Shown here one piece after another: positions 28,571-38,652 of a stretch of 64,000 bases of DNA (the stretch's first letter is position 1; each line of letters begins with the position of its first letter). The DNA is from an uncultured Clostridium sp. (GTDB taxonomy: Bacteria > Bacillota_I > Bacilli_A > RF39 > UBA660): the NCBI GenBank assembly GCA_946541575.1, contig CAMNJQ010000051.1, forward strand, positions 12,985 through 76,984. The letters are read 5' to 3'. Under the pieces are notes generated by a model, which saw nothing but the letters and a program-made list of their open reading frames with translations, was not told the DNA's origin and made no database searches. A program made the position numbers and the translations under genes.

Positions 28571-29833
28571 GTGGAATATATCAAGAAAAAGTTACCATCG
28601 TATAATCTTCATATGATTAAAACAGAAAAATTTAAAACTACAAATATTGAAGTGCTTTTTTGTAAAGATATAAAAAAAGAAGAAGTAACAATTACAAATT
28701 TTTTAACGTCTATAATGCTATATTCTTCAAAAAAATATAATAATAGAATAAAACTATCTCATAAAGTCGAAGACCTATATGCGGCTAGAATTTTTACAAA
28801 TTGTTATAGAATTGGTAACCAATACACGATTGATTTCACAATGAAGATATTAAATGATAAATTTAGTGAAGAAGGACTATTTGAACAATCAATAGAATTA
28901 CTTAAAGAGATTATATTTAATCCAAACGTTGAAAATGGATTATTCGATGAAAAGAGTTTTAATATCGTAAAAAATGACGAAAAATCGCAAATTGAAAGAC
29001 TTCAAGAAGATAGAAAAAGATATGCTGGATTACGTTTACTTGAATTAACAGATAGTGATGCTGACTTTGCTATTAATTTGAAAGGATACAAAAAAGATTT
29101 AGATAAAATAACAAGAAATAATTTATATGAATATTATAAAAAGATTATAGAATGTGAAAAAATAGACATTTTCGTAATTGGAGACATTGATTTTGAAAAA
29201 GTTGAGAAAATAATATCAAACAATATTAACTTTCCACTAATGAGAAAAAAAGATGATTTTAAAATGTATAAATGGAAAGAAAAAAAAGAGAAAATAAATG
29301 AAATAATAGAAAGTGATGATACAAATCAAGCAAAGTTATCAATCGCTTGTAGAATGGAAGATATAACAGAATTTGAAAGAAATTATGTATTGAGCTTATA
29401 TAACATAATTTTGGGAGGTTCATCTGACTCAAAGTTTTTTAAAAACATTAGAGAGAAATTTTCATTGTGCTATTATATTTCATCAAGTCCACTTAGATTA
29501 GATAATTTACTTACCATTTCTTCAGGTATAACCAAGGATAACTATTCTAAAGTTATGATTCTAATCAATAAGGAAATGGATGACATGAAAAAGGGAAACA
29601 TAACTGACGAAGAGATAGAAAAAGCAAAAAAGTTTTATTTGACTTCACTTGAAGAGATAGAAGATAATCCATCACAAATAATTAATGTTTATTATTCAAT
29701 GGATAAATTTAACATTGGAAATATTGAAGAAAGAAAAAATAATATCTTAAAAATCACTAGAGAAGATTTGGTTAAACTTGCTAATAAGATATCTATAGAT
29801 ACAATTTTCTTATTAGGTGGTGACAAAAAATGA
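28571..29833 (+). CDS. M16 (pitrilysin) family peptidase-like protein, non-catalytic partner
   Basis: The size and fold pattern fit the M16 family, but there is no HxxEH motif. It has a GTG start after GAGGTGA and overlaps the next M16 gene by 4 nt. Confidence 0.65.
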   Translation: MEYIKKKLPSYNLHMIKTEKFKTTNIEVLFCKDIKKEEVTITNFLTSIMLYSSKKYNNRIKLSHKVEDLYAARIFTNCYRIGNQYTIDFTMKILNDKFSEEGLFEQSIELLKEIIFNPNVENGLFDEKSFNIVKNDEKSQIERLQEDRKRYAGLRLLELTDSDADFAINLKGYKKDLDKITRNNLYEYYKKIIECEKIDIFVIGDIDFEKVEKIISNNINFPLMRKKDDFKMYKWKEKKEKINEIIESDDTNQAKLSIACRMEDITEFERNYVLSLYNIILGGSSDSKFFKNIREKFSLCYYISSSPLRLDNLLTISSGITKDNYSKVMILINKEMDDMKKGNITDEEIEKAKKFYLTSLEEIEDNPSQIINVYYSMDKFNIGNIEERKNNILKITREDLVKLANKISIDTIFLLGGDKK

Positions 29834-31110
29834 AAAATCAGCAGATTAAAGGATTAAACATTAATGTTTATACAGAAGAATTAGTGAATGGATTAAAAAT
29901 AATTCTAATTCCATTTTCTGATAGAAATAATTATTATATTGAATATTTAACTAAATATGGAGAAGAAATAACTGAATTTAAATCTTTGAGTAACAATAAG
30001 CGTATTAAAGTTCCTTATGGAGTAGCTCATTTTCTCGAACATAAAATGTTTGAGCAAGAAGATGGTATGGATCCTTTTTCTTTTTATTCGAAAAGCGGTG
30101 CTGATGCAAATGCTTCAACAGGTTACAAAACAACTTCGTATACATTAGAGGGAGTTACTGCTATAGAAGAAAACTTAAACTATTTATTAGATTGTGTTAA
30201 TAGCCCATTTTTTACTGATAAAAACGTAGAAAAGGAAAAAGGAATAATAATTGAAGAATTAAATATGTATAAGGATCAGCCTGAAAATAAACTTTATGAA
30301 GCAAATAATAAAGCAGTATTTTTCAAACACCCATTTAGAAGAGATGTAGGTGGAACTCCTACAAGTGTTAGAAAAATTACTAAAGAAACATTATATGAAT
30401 GCTATAATACTTTTTATCAACCAAATAATATGATACTTGCGATTGCAGGAAATTTTGAAATAAATAAAGTACTAAAAGTGATAAAGTCAAATGAAAAATT
30501 AAACGCAAAAAAAGGAAAACAAGAAATAAAAACTTATAAGATTAAAGAGCCAATAGAAGTAAGAAAAAAAGAGACATCATTAAAAATTAAAAATCTAATT
30601 CTTCCAAAGTTTGTATTAACTTTTAAAACGAAAATAGAACTAAAAAATGGACTTGAAAAATATAAAACTGCTTTATGTACAGATATTTTATTATACATTT
30701 TGTTTGGAATGTCATCTGAATTTAGAGAAAAAATGCTTGAAAAAGAATTATATAGTTTACTATATTCTTCATCAGTAATTGTGGATGATTTGTTTTTAAT
30801 TGAATTTGTAGCTGAATCTAAAAAACCTTTAGAGTTTAGACATGAAATATTAGAACAATTAAAAAATACTAAAATTTCAAAAGAAGATGTTGAAAGAGTT
30901 AAAAAAGTAAAAATATCAATAGAAGTTATGGAAACAGACAAACCATATAGAATGTTGGATATGGTTATGGATCAATTAACTGAATATGGTGAGATTATTT
31001 ACAATAAAATGGATATTATTAGGAATATTACCTATGAAGATATAATTGCTGTTAGAAATAAGATCAGCTTTGATAATTACTCATACACAATAGGATATCC
31101 AAAAAAATAG
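29830..31110 (+). CDS. M16 (pitrilysin) family zinc peptidase, catalytic partner
   Basis: Has the inverted zinc motif HFLEHKMFE (HxxEH). The length is 426 aa. Confidence 0.8.
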   Translation: MKNQQIKGLNINVYTEELVNGLKIILIPFSDRNNYYIEYLTKYGEEITEFKSLSNNKRIKVPYGVAHFLEHKMFEQEDGMDPFSFYSKSGADANASTGYKTTSYTLEGVTAIEENLNYLLDCVNSPFFTDKNVEKEKGIIIEELNMYKDQPENKLYEANNKAVFFKHPFRRDVGGTPTSVRKITKETLYECYNTFYQPNNMILAIAGNFEINKVLKVIKSNEKLNAKKGKQEIKTYKIKEPIEVRKKETSLKIKNLILPKFVLTFKTKIELKNGLEKYKTALCTDILLYILFGMSSEFREKMLEKELYSLLYSSSVIVDDLFLIEFVAESKKPLEFRHEILEQLKNTKISKEDVERVKKVKISIEVMETDKPYRMLDMVMDQLTEYGEIIYNKMDIIRNITYEDIIAVRNKISFDNYSYTIGYPKK

Positions 31111-31133
31111 TTATAAAAGAAAGATGTGGATTT

Positions 31134-32105
31134 ATGCTAATAGAAAATAAAAATGTATTTTTTAATTTGGATTTAATAGAAAAATTAATTAATGACGGGA
31201 AAGTGGTTGTCTTTACATTAAATAAGTCAATGGGTGGAAAAGAAATAATAAGTTGGAACACTGGTAAACGATTTTTTCCTAAAGAAATGAGTGAAGAATC
31301 GCTTAGGATAGGGTACTTATTAGAAAATGCAAGAAAAGTAGGCCTTGATGATTTAGCAATGCCAGATCAACCATTAAATGACAAGTTAATAGAAGATTGT
31401 CACGAACTGACAACGGAAGAAATAATAGGATATTACGATACAGAAATTGCAAGAAAGCAAGGAACTTTGTGGAATGTAGATAAAAATTTTAATGCAATAT
31501 TCATGGCTAAAAATACTCATGATGAAGTTTTAAAAAAAAGTGGTAGAAATGTTTCGCTAGTTTTTCCTTGTGCTGATTGCGCCGTTGTAAGATTTTATGA
31601 TCCAGAACATGATGTAATAGGTATTACTCATTCAGATGCAGTTCATACTGGACAAAAAATAATTCCAAAATGTGTTCTATATATGAAAGAAAAATTTGGG
31701 ACAGATATAAGCAAATTGCAAGTTTTTGTAGGTGCTTTTGCATTTGAAGGCTGGACATATGATAAACTACCAGACTTTGCAAGTGAAAAAGACAAAGATG
31801 GAAAAATTATTGGAATTAATAGTGAATGGGAGAAATATATTGTACCAGATAAAGGAAAGTACTTAATAAATTATGGTGATAAAATATTTGATCAATTATT
31901 GATTAGTGGTATAAACATTGATAATTTATACATAAGTCCAGATAACACCCTAACAAACGATAATTATTTTTCTAATTCAAGAAGTTTCAACTCTAGAATA
32001 GATGGAATAGCTACTTATAGAGAAGGAAGAAATTTAGTAGGAATAACTTTCTCAAAAAAGGAAATAATTGATTCTATGAAAAAACAACATATAATAATGA
32101 AGTAG
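31134..32105 (+). CDS. Divergent YfiH/PgeF (DUF152, laccase-domain)-like protein with N-terminal extension
   Basis: The stretch VFPCADCAVVRFYDPEHDVIGITHSDAVHTG resembles the conserved tADCvPv...aHaGWrG core of YlmD/YfiH. An extra N-terminal region of about 100 aa is present. The position between ftsZ and sepF matches ylmD. Confidence 0.45.
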   Translation: MLIENKNVFFNLDLIEKLINDGKVVVFTLNKSMGGKEIISWNTGKRFFPKEMSEESLRIGYLLENARKVGLDDLAMPDQPLNDKLIEDCHELTTEEIIGYYDTEIARKQGTLWNVDKNFNAIFMAKNTHDEVLKKSGRNVSLVFPCADCAVVRFYDPEHDVIGITHSDAVHTGQKIIPKCVLYMKEKFGTDISKLQVFVGAFAFEGWTYDKLPDFASEKDKDGKIIGINSEWEKYIVPDKGKYLINYGDKIFDQLLISGINIDNLYISPDNTLTNDNYFSNSRSFNSRIDGIATYREGRNLVGITFSKKEIIDSMKKQHIIMK

Positions 32106-32116
32106 AGGATTATAAA

Positions 32117-32476
32117 ATGGATTATACATATAATATTTTAAATGAAGTATATGAATGGATGATTTCTAAAAAAAAGAATGTTGAAGTTAGAATTCTAAAA
32201 GAAAAATCAAAAATGATTCAAGAAAATGATTATATAACTTTCTATAATCAAGATGATAAAGAAAAGTTTGTAAAAGTAAAAGTAATAAAAAAAGAATTGT
32301 TTGACACGACAGATGACTTATTATCTAGATATAATGTAAATAGAATAATGCCAAATCATACTGAAAAAGATTTAAAAGAACTATTAAAAAACATTTATGG
32401 AGACAAATTAAATCAAGAAAAACTAGTTGCGTTTGAATTTGAGTACATAAATAGCGATTTAGATATAAAAAAATAA
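32117..32476 (+). CDS. ASCH domain protein
   Basis: The pattern is KKKNVEVRILKEKSKMIQENDYITF...VKVKVIKKELFDTTDDLL...YG...LVAFEFEYI. It is typical of small ASCH (PUA-like) proteins. Confidence 0.6.
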   Translation: MDYTYNILNEVYEWMISKKKNVEVRILKEKSKMIQENDYITFYNQDDKEKFVKVKVIKKELFDTTDDLLSRYNVNRIMPNHTEKDLKELLKNIYGDKLNQEKLVAFEFEYINSDLDIKK

Positions 32477-32548
32477 TAAAAAAATAAACTAAAAAATATT
32501 TTTTTAGTTTTTTTTATGCTATAATAATATAGAATAGGTGAGAATAAA

Positions 32549-34324
32549 ATGGATAATTTGGGAAATATAGTTGATATTGATGGAAGTTTTGTAATTTTAA
32601 AAATTGGTTTTGATGTGTCAAAATATTCTAATTTAATGAACGTTCATGTTGTTTTTGATGATGGTTCAAAGAAAATTATAGGTGAAATTTTAAAAGTTAC
32701 TACAGAAGAATTGATGGTAGGTATAGTAGGAGAAATAAACGATAATAAGTTTGTTCCTGGAATTAGTTCTAAGCCTTCTTTCGCTTCAAAAGTGAGAATA
32801 GTAAACATGCAAGAATTGTCATTAATTTTAGGCCCTTCTGAAATAGAAGATAGCGATCATCTATATTTAGGAAAATCTTCTGTTTACAATAACTACAAAA
32901 TCCATATTGATGTTAATAGCTTTTTTAGTAATCATTTTGCCATTTTAGGAAACACAGGAAGTGGTAAAAGTTGTACATTTGCTAGAATAATTCAAAATAT
33001 TTTCACAACCTCAAAATACTTACCAGTAAATGCTAGTATATTTGTATTTGATGCCTATGGTGAATATAAAAATGCTTTCTCATTTTTACACCAGTTTAAT
33101 CCAAGTTTAAACTATAAATCTTATACTACAAACTTGCAAAAATTAGATGGTGAGTTATTAAGAATTCCACTCTGGCTTCTCGACGTAGATGATATTGCAT
33201 TACTATTAGGAGCAACAGAGTCAAGTCAATTACCAATAATAGAGAAATCATTAAAACTTGTTCCAATATTAAAATCAACTGATGAAAATTCAACAATACT
33301 AAAAAATGATATTTTAGCAAGAGCAATATTGGATATTTTACAAAGTGGCAAAGATTCAATTAAAATAAGAGACCAAATTACTGCAGTATTATCAACGTTT
33401 CATACTGAATTGTTAAATTTAGATAGTCAAATAATACAACCTGGATATGTTAGATCATTAAAACAATGTTTATATGTAGATAATTCAGGAAAAATGCAAG
33501 AAATGGAATTGGTTGTTAACTTTATTCAAACTTTTCAAAGCGATGGACTTGAAATACCAAATCCTAAAGGAAATGTTATGTATGACTTGTCAGATTTAGA
33601 GCAAGCCCTTGAATTTGCACTTATATCTGAAGGAGTTTTAAAAAGTGATAAAGTATTTGATTATGCTAATATATTATCAGTAAGGTTACATACATTAGCT
33701 AATGGAGAATACAAAGAATATTTTAAATATCCTAATATGGTTACAAAGAGTGGTTATGTAAGAGATTTAATGACAATTGACTCAAATTCAAAAGCACAAC
33801 TTATTGGATTTAATATCAACTATGTAGATGATAGAATTGCAAAATCAATGACAAAAATAATATCTAAAATGCTTTTCGATGTTGCTGTTAATAGTGATAA
33901 TAGAGGAAAATTTCCATTCCATATTATAATAGAAGAAGCTCATAGATATGTTCAAAAAGATATCGATTTAGAATTACTAGGATATAATATTTTTGATAGA
34001 ATTACAAAAGAGGGAAGAAAGTATGGTGTAATACTTGGATTAATAACACAAAGACCTAGTGAACTAAGTGAAACAAGTATTTCGCAGTGTTCTAATTTTA
34101 TAGTACTTAGAACACTGCATCCAAAAGATTTGCAATATATTAAAGAGATGGTTCCAAATGTAACAGATGAAATATTAGCGATTTTAAAAACATTGCAACC
34201 AGGAAGTGCAATAGCATTCGGAAGTGCATTTAGAGTACCAGTTTCAGTAAAAATAGATTTACCAAATCCACAACCATATAGCTATAATAGTGATATAGCT
34301 AAAATATGGTATGCATTAAATTAA
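32549..34324 (+). CDS. HerA/DUF87-like FtsK-HerA superfamily ATPase
   Basis: The N-terminal beta-barrel-like region is HAS-barrel style. Walker A is GNTGSGKS and the Walker B/sensor region is FHIIIEEAHRYV. ITQRPSELS is also present. The gene has its own TATAAT and a GGTGAG SD after a T-rich stem. Confidence 0.7.
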   Translation: MDNLGNIVDIDGSFVILKIGFDVSKYSNLMNVHVVFDDGSKKIIGEILKVTTEELMVGIVGEINDNKFVPGISSKPSFASKVRIVNMQELSLILGPSEIEDSDHLYLGKSSVYNNYKIHIDVNSFFSNHFAILGNTGSGKSCTFARIIQNIFTTSKYLPVNASIFVFDAYGEYKNAFSFLHQFNPSLNYKSYTTNLQKLDGELLRIPLWLLDVDDIALLLGATESSQLPIIEKSLKLVPILKSTDENSTILKNDILARAILDILQSGKDSIKIRDQITAVLSTFHTELLNLDSQIIQPGYVRSLKQCLYVDNSGKMQEMELVVNFIQTFQSDGLEIPNPKGNVMYDLSDLEQALEFALISEGVLKSDKVFDYANILSVRLHTLANGEYKEYFKYPNMVTKSGYVRDLMTIDSNSKAQLIGFNINYVDDRIAKSMTKIISKMLFDVAVNSDNRGKFPFHIIIEEAHRYVQKDIDLELLGYNIFDRITKEGRKYGVILGLITQRPSELSETSISQCSNFIVLRTLHPKDLQYIKEMVPNVTDEILAILKTLQPGSAIAFGSAFRVPVSVKIDLPNPQPYSYNSDIAKIWYALN

Positions 34325-34390
34325 AATAATGCTTTAAAAAGAAAAAAATATGTGTTAGAATAAAAATGTATAAACTATGGAGGAATAATA

Positions 34391-34837
34391 ATGGCTTTTA
34401 ATAAATTTTTAGGAAAATTTACAGGAAACAATAATGATGACAATGATGATTCTTTAGATGAATTAGAAAATAATGATACTTTAGGTGGCATGGTAAAAAA
34501 AGACAATACAATGATTCTTTTGGAACCACGTGCATACTCTGAATCACAACAAATAGCAGATTATTTAAAAAGTAATTCTTCAGTTGTTGTAAATTTACGT
34601 AGAGTAACACCAGATCAAGCAAAAAGAATTGTAGATTTCTTAAGTGGTACAATTTATGCAATTGGTGGAGATTTACAAAAATTAGGTGGAGGAATATTCT
34701 TATGTACTCCAAATACAGTAAATGTTGAAGGAAAAATTAGTGACGAAGGCTTAAAAGGAAAAGATGCAAAACAAGCTAACAACAAAGTAAAAGCTCAAGG
34801 ACAAGAAGAACAAGAAGAAGACGAATTTAATTGGTAA
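34391..34837 (+). CDS. sepF: Cell division protein SepF
   Basis: The core ILLEPRAYSESQQIADYLKSNSSVVVNLRRVTPDQAKRIVDFLSGTIYAIGGDLQKLGGGIFLCTP is a canonical SepF domain. Confidence 0.88.
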   Translation: MAFNKFLGKFTGNNNDDNDDSLDELENNDTLGGMVKKDNTMILLEPRAYSESQQIADYLKSNSSVVVNLRRVTPDQAKRIVDFLSGTIYAIGGDLQKLGGGIFLCTPNTVNVEGKISDEGLKGKDAKQANNKVKAQGQEEQEEDEFNW

Positions 34838-34870
34838 TATAAACTCATATTAAAAAGCAGGTGATATAAT

Positions 34871-35302
34871 ATGGACAAGTTTACAGTAACCGAAAAAGGT
34901 TATAGTATAACTGAAGTAAACAAATTTATAGAAAATGTTATAAGTCAAACTGAAAATATGCTAGATAAAATGAAAAAGCAACAAAGAGAAGTAGAATTAC
35001 TAAAAAAAGAAATAGAAAACTATAAAAGAATTGAAAGTGATTTGAAATCAGCTTTATTTAGAGCAGAACAATCTAGCAATGAAATAAAGAAAATGGCTTA
35101 TGATGAAAAGAATACAATTATAGAAGATGCAAGAAGAAATGCTTCACGTATTATAAATGATGCTTTATTAAGAGCTGAAAAAATTGAATTAAAGACTGAT
35201 ACACTTGAAAGAAATATGAGAATTTTTAAGAAAAAATTAAAATTAGTTGTAGAACAACAATTATCTGTCATAGATGAAATAGAAGAGTTAGATTTAAAAT
35301 AA
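34871..35302 (+). CDS. DivIVA-domain protein
   Basis: The N-terminal motif FTVTEKGYSITEVNKFIENV matches the DivIVA motif F..rGY..eVd.fl. A coiled coil follows. Confidence 0.7.
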   Translation: MDKFTVTEKGYSITEVNKFIENVISQTENMLDKMKKQQREVELLKKEIENYKRIESDLKSALFRAEQSSNEIKKMAYDEKNTIIEDARRNASRIINDALLRAEKIELKTDTLERNMRIFKKKLKLVVEQQLSVIDEIEELDLK

Positions 35303-35314
35303 CTCTTTTTTTTT
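35284..35314 (+). terminator. Rho-independent terminator after the DivIVA-domain gene
   Basis: AGAGTTA-loop-TAACTCT hairpin followed by T9. Confidence 0.5.
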
Positions 35315-35324
35315 CAATAAAAAA

Positions 35325-35349
35325 GCTTTGATTATTTATTAATCAAAGC
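35325..35349 (-). terminator. Rho-independent terminator of rpmB (minus strand)
   Basis: GCTTTGATTA-loop-TAATCAAAGC hairpin. The T-run is on the minus strand. Confidence 0.55.
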
Positions 35350-35369
35350 AAATTTTATATTATTAAAAA

Positions 35370-35564
35370 TTATTCAGCCTCAGGATTTACTTTATCAGCT
35401 TTTCTAAAAGTTCTAATTTCCTTTGCACTCATTCTTACTCTAGTACCATCTTCAAGTCTAACAACTTGTAAATTTAAAGCTTGAGTACTATTTGTAGTAT
35501 TTAAAGCATGAGAACGAATTCTTTTACTTTTATTTGGTTTTCTACTAGATATATTTATAGCCAT
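35370..35564 (-). CDS. rpmB: 50S ribosomal protein L28
   Basis: The 64-aa sequence includes SHALNTTNSTQALNLQVVRLEDGTRVRMSAKEIRTFRK, which matches the L28 pattern. The SD is GGGAGG. Confidence 0.85.
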   Translation of the reverse strand: MAINISSRKPNKSKRIRSHALNTTNSTQALNLQVVRLEDGTRVRMSAKEIRTFRKADKVNPEAE

Positions 35565-35648
35565 AATAAGACCTCCCTTAAAATAAATTACTTGCTAGAT
35601 AACTTTATCATAAATTTTAGTTTTAGTCAAATGTTTTAAGTACATTTG

Positions 35649-35657
35649 TGTTATAAT
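35649..35657 (+). promoter_or_regulatory. Extended -10 promoter (TGtTATAAT) for dnaE
   Basis: TTGTGTTATAAT lies 22 nt before the ATG at 35679. Confidence 0.5.
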
Positions 35658-35678
35658 ACGATTAGGAGGGTTGCAATT

Positions 35679-38600
35679 ATGTATACACCATTATATGTAA
35701 AGAGTAATTATTCATTCTTATCAAGTTTAGTAAAAATTGATGAATTAATTAAAAGTTCTTTGGATAAAAAGATCAAAAGTATTGCATTATGTGATGATAA
35801 CATGATTGCGACTATGTATTTCTATAAAGAATGTATTAAAAATAATATTAAGCCAATTATTGGAGTAAACGTAAAGATAGACAATCAAGATGTTTTGTTC
35901 TATGCTAAAAATTTTGATGGATATAAAAATCTATTAAAAATAGTAACAGAAAAGGACAATTTGAATAATGAGATTATAAAGAATAATAGTGAAAACATAA
36001 TTAGTATAATTCCCTACAAGAGTATAGATTTATATAATAATTTGAAATCAATATTTGGAATAGTATATATTGGAGTTTCAAATAAAGAAGAAGAATTCTC
36101 TGCAAAAGAAATAGATAATAATATTACTTTTATTAATGAAGTTTTATATATTAATAAAAGTGATAGTAAATATTTCCGTTATGCAATAATGATGAGAGAT
36201 AAGAAAAATGTATTAGACGATATAACATATAGTGATAATAACAATTATTTATTAACATACGAAGAAGCAAATAAATTAGTTAGCAAAAAAGTAATAGATG
36301 AAACAAATAAAATTAGCGATATGTGTGATGTTAAATTTATTGAAGGGAAAAATAGAATACCACACTACGAAAATAAGTTTAATCTTTCGAGTAATGATTA
36401 TTTAACTAAGTTAAGCATACAAAGCCTAACATTAAGACTCCAAAATGAAGTGCCAGATGAATATAAGAAAAGATTGCTATATGAACTTGATATAATTAAT
36501 AAAATGAACTTTTCAGACTATTTCTTAATAGTATACGACTTTGTAAGATATGCTAAGAAAAATAAAATATTAGTAGGTCCAGGAAGAGGTAGCGCTGGAG
36601 GAAGTTTAGTCGCATACTCGTTAGGTATTATTGATGTTGATCCGATAAAATATGATTTATTATTCGAAAGATTTTTAAATCCAGGAAGGGTAACAATGCC
36701 CGATATTGATATAGACTTTCCAGATTTATATCGAGATCAAGTAATCAATTATACCAAAGAGAAATATGGAATAAAAAAAGTAGCAGGAATAGTAGCAGTA
36801 GGTACATTAAAAGCTAAAGCAGTTTTAGATGATGTAGCAAGAATTTTAAAAATTGATTCTACAAAAGTTGATAGATTAAAAAAATATATTGATCTTAATT
36901 CTAAACTAAAGGATCTGTATACAAATAATTTTGATTTTAAAAACATTATCGACAATGATGATAGGTTAACAAAATTATATGAGATTTCACTATTTTTTGA
37001 AGGATTTCCAAGAAATACAACAGTACATGCATCAGGAATAGTAATATCAAAAGATGACTTAGATGATATAGTTCCATTAATTAAACAAGAAGATAGTTAT
37101 ATAGCATCTTATGAAGGAGCATATTTAGAAGAATTAGGACTTTTAAAAATGGACTTTCTTGGAAATAGTAACCTTACAATAATAATGGAAATATTAAAAA
37201 GTATCAAAGAAAATGAAGGAATAGATATTAACTTTTTAGATATTCCACTAGATGATAAAGATACACTTAACTTATTTAATAAAGTATTTACAAATGGTAT
37301 ATTTCAATTTGAAAGTGACACAATGAAAAACTTATTGAAAAGACTTAATGTTACAAACTTCTTAGACATTGTGGCAGCAGATGCTTTAGTAAGACCAGGA
37401 CCTGATACCACAACATATATTGAAAGAAAAAAATCTAATACAAAAATAGACTATCCAAACAATGAATTAAAAAGAATATTAGAGCCTACTTATGGAGTTT
37501 TAGTATATCAAGAACAAATCATGCAAATTGCTAATGTTATGGCAGGATTTACTTTACAAGAAGCAGATATCTTAAGAAGAGCAATGTCAAAAAAGAAAAG
37601 AGATCTTTTAAAAGTACAGGAAGAAAAATTCATAAATGGAGCAATAAATAAAGGATATGAATATAAAATTGCAAAGTCATATTATGATGACATATTATCT
37701 TTTGCTGAATATGGCTTTAATAAATCACATGCAGTAGCATATTCTATGATTGCTTATAAAATGGGGTATTTAAAAGTACATTTCCCAAAATATTTTTACT
37801 TGAATTTGTTAACAATGATAATTGGAAAAGAGTCTAAAACATCATTAATAATTAGAGAAGCTAGAGCATTAGGAGTTGAGTTCTTATTACCTAATATAAA
37901 TAAAAGTACAGAAAAGTATGAAATAACTGATAAAGGAATATTATTTCCACTTTCTATGATAAAAAGTATTGGATTAAACACTGCAAGAGAAATTGTAAAA
38001 ATAAGAAAAGATGGTTTTAAGAATTTATTTGAATGCTTAACAAAATTATTAGAATTAAATATTAATAAAAAAACAATAGAACTACTTACATATGCTTCTT
38101 GTTTTGACTGCTTTAATTACAACAAAAAAACTATATTAGAAAATCTTGATAATTTACTTACATTTGCATATGTATCAAAAGGACTTCCTCTAGATATGAT
38201 AGAACATCCTAAAGTAGATATAAAAGAAGAATATGATCAGGTTTATCTAATGAATAAAGAAAAAGAAATATTTGGCTTCTATTTAAGTTATCATCCTACA
38301 TCAAAATATAAAGAAATTTATAAAGTATATAATTTAAATGATGTAAATAAATATATTGGTAGAATAATAGATACTATAGCAATGATTGATAAAATTAAAG
38401 TTCATAAAGATAAGAATGGAAAGGAAATGGCTTTTATTACGGGTAGTGATGAATTTGATTCAATAGAATATATATTCTTTTCTTCTGTGTATGAAACAAT
38501 TAAAGAGATAGAAAAAGGTAAAATTCTTTTAGTACAAGGAAAAGTAGAAAAAAGAACAAATATACAAATTATTGCAGAAAAAGCTAAAATAATTGGGTAA
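35679..38600 (+). CDS. dnaE: DNA polymerase III alpha subunit, DnaE type
   Basis: The PHP N-terminus is YTPLYVKSNYSFLSS. GPGRGSAGGSLVAYSLGI and PDIDIDF are present, and FNKSHAVAYS is also present. The start follows an AGGAGGG SD. Confidence 0.93.
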   Translation: MYTPLYVKSNYSFLSSLVKIDELIKSSLDKKIKSIALCDDNMIATMYFYKECIKNNIKPIIGVNVKIDNQDVLFYAKNFDGYKNLLKIVTEKDNLNNEIIKNNSENIISIIPYKSIDLYNNLKSIFGIVYIGVSNKEEEFSAKEIDNNITFINEVLYINKSDSKYFRYAIMMRDKKNVLDDITYSDNNNYLLTYEEANKLVSKKVIDETNKISDMCDVKFIEGKNRIPHYENKFNLSSNDYLTKLSIQSLTLRLQNEVPDEYKKRLLYELDIINKMNFSDYFLIVYDFVRYAKKNKILVGPGRGSAGGSLVAYSLGIIDVDPIKYDLLFERFLNPGRVTMPDIDIDFPDLYRDQVINYTKEKYGIKKVAGIVAVGTLKAKAVLDDVARILKIDSTKVDRLKKYIDLNSKLKDLYTNNFDFKNIIDNDDRLTKLYEISLFFEGFPRNTTVHASGIVISKDDLDDIVPLIKQEDSYIASYEGAYLEELGLLKMDFLGNSNLTIIMEILKSIKENEGIDINFLDIPLDDKDTLNLFNKVFTNGIFQFESDTMKNLLKRLNVTNFLDIVAADALVRPGPDTTTYIERKKSNTKIDYPNNELKRILEPTYGVLVYQEQIMQIANVMAGFTLQEADILRRAMSKKKRDLLKVQEEKFINGAINKGYEYKIAKSYYDDILSFAEYGFNKSHAVAYSMIAYKMGYLKVHFPKYFYLNLLTMIIGKESKTSLIIREARALGVEFLLPNINKSTEKYEITDKGILFPLSMIKSIGLNTAREIVKIRKDGFKNLFECLTKLLELNINKKTIELLTYASCFDCFNYNKKTILENLDNLLTFAYVSKGLPLDMIEHPKVDIKEEYDQVYLMNKEKEIFGFYLSYHPTSKYKEIYKVYNLNDVNKYIGRIIDTIAMIDKIKVHKDKNGKEMAFITGSDEFDSIEYIFFSSVYETIKEIEKGKILLVQGKVEKRTNIQIIAEKAKIIG

Positions 38601-38652
38601 ATAATTAATAATTGTGATATATTTATATATGTATATGGTTGGTGGTGAATAA

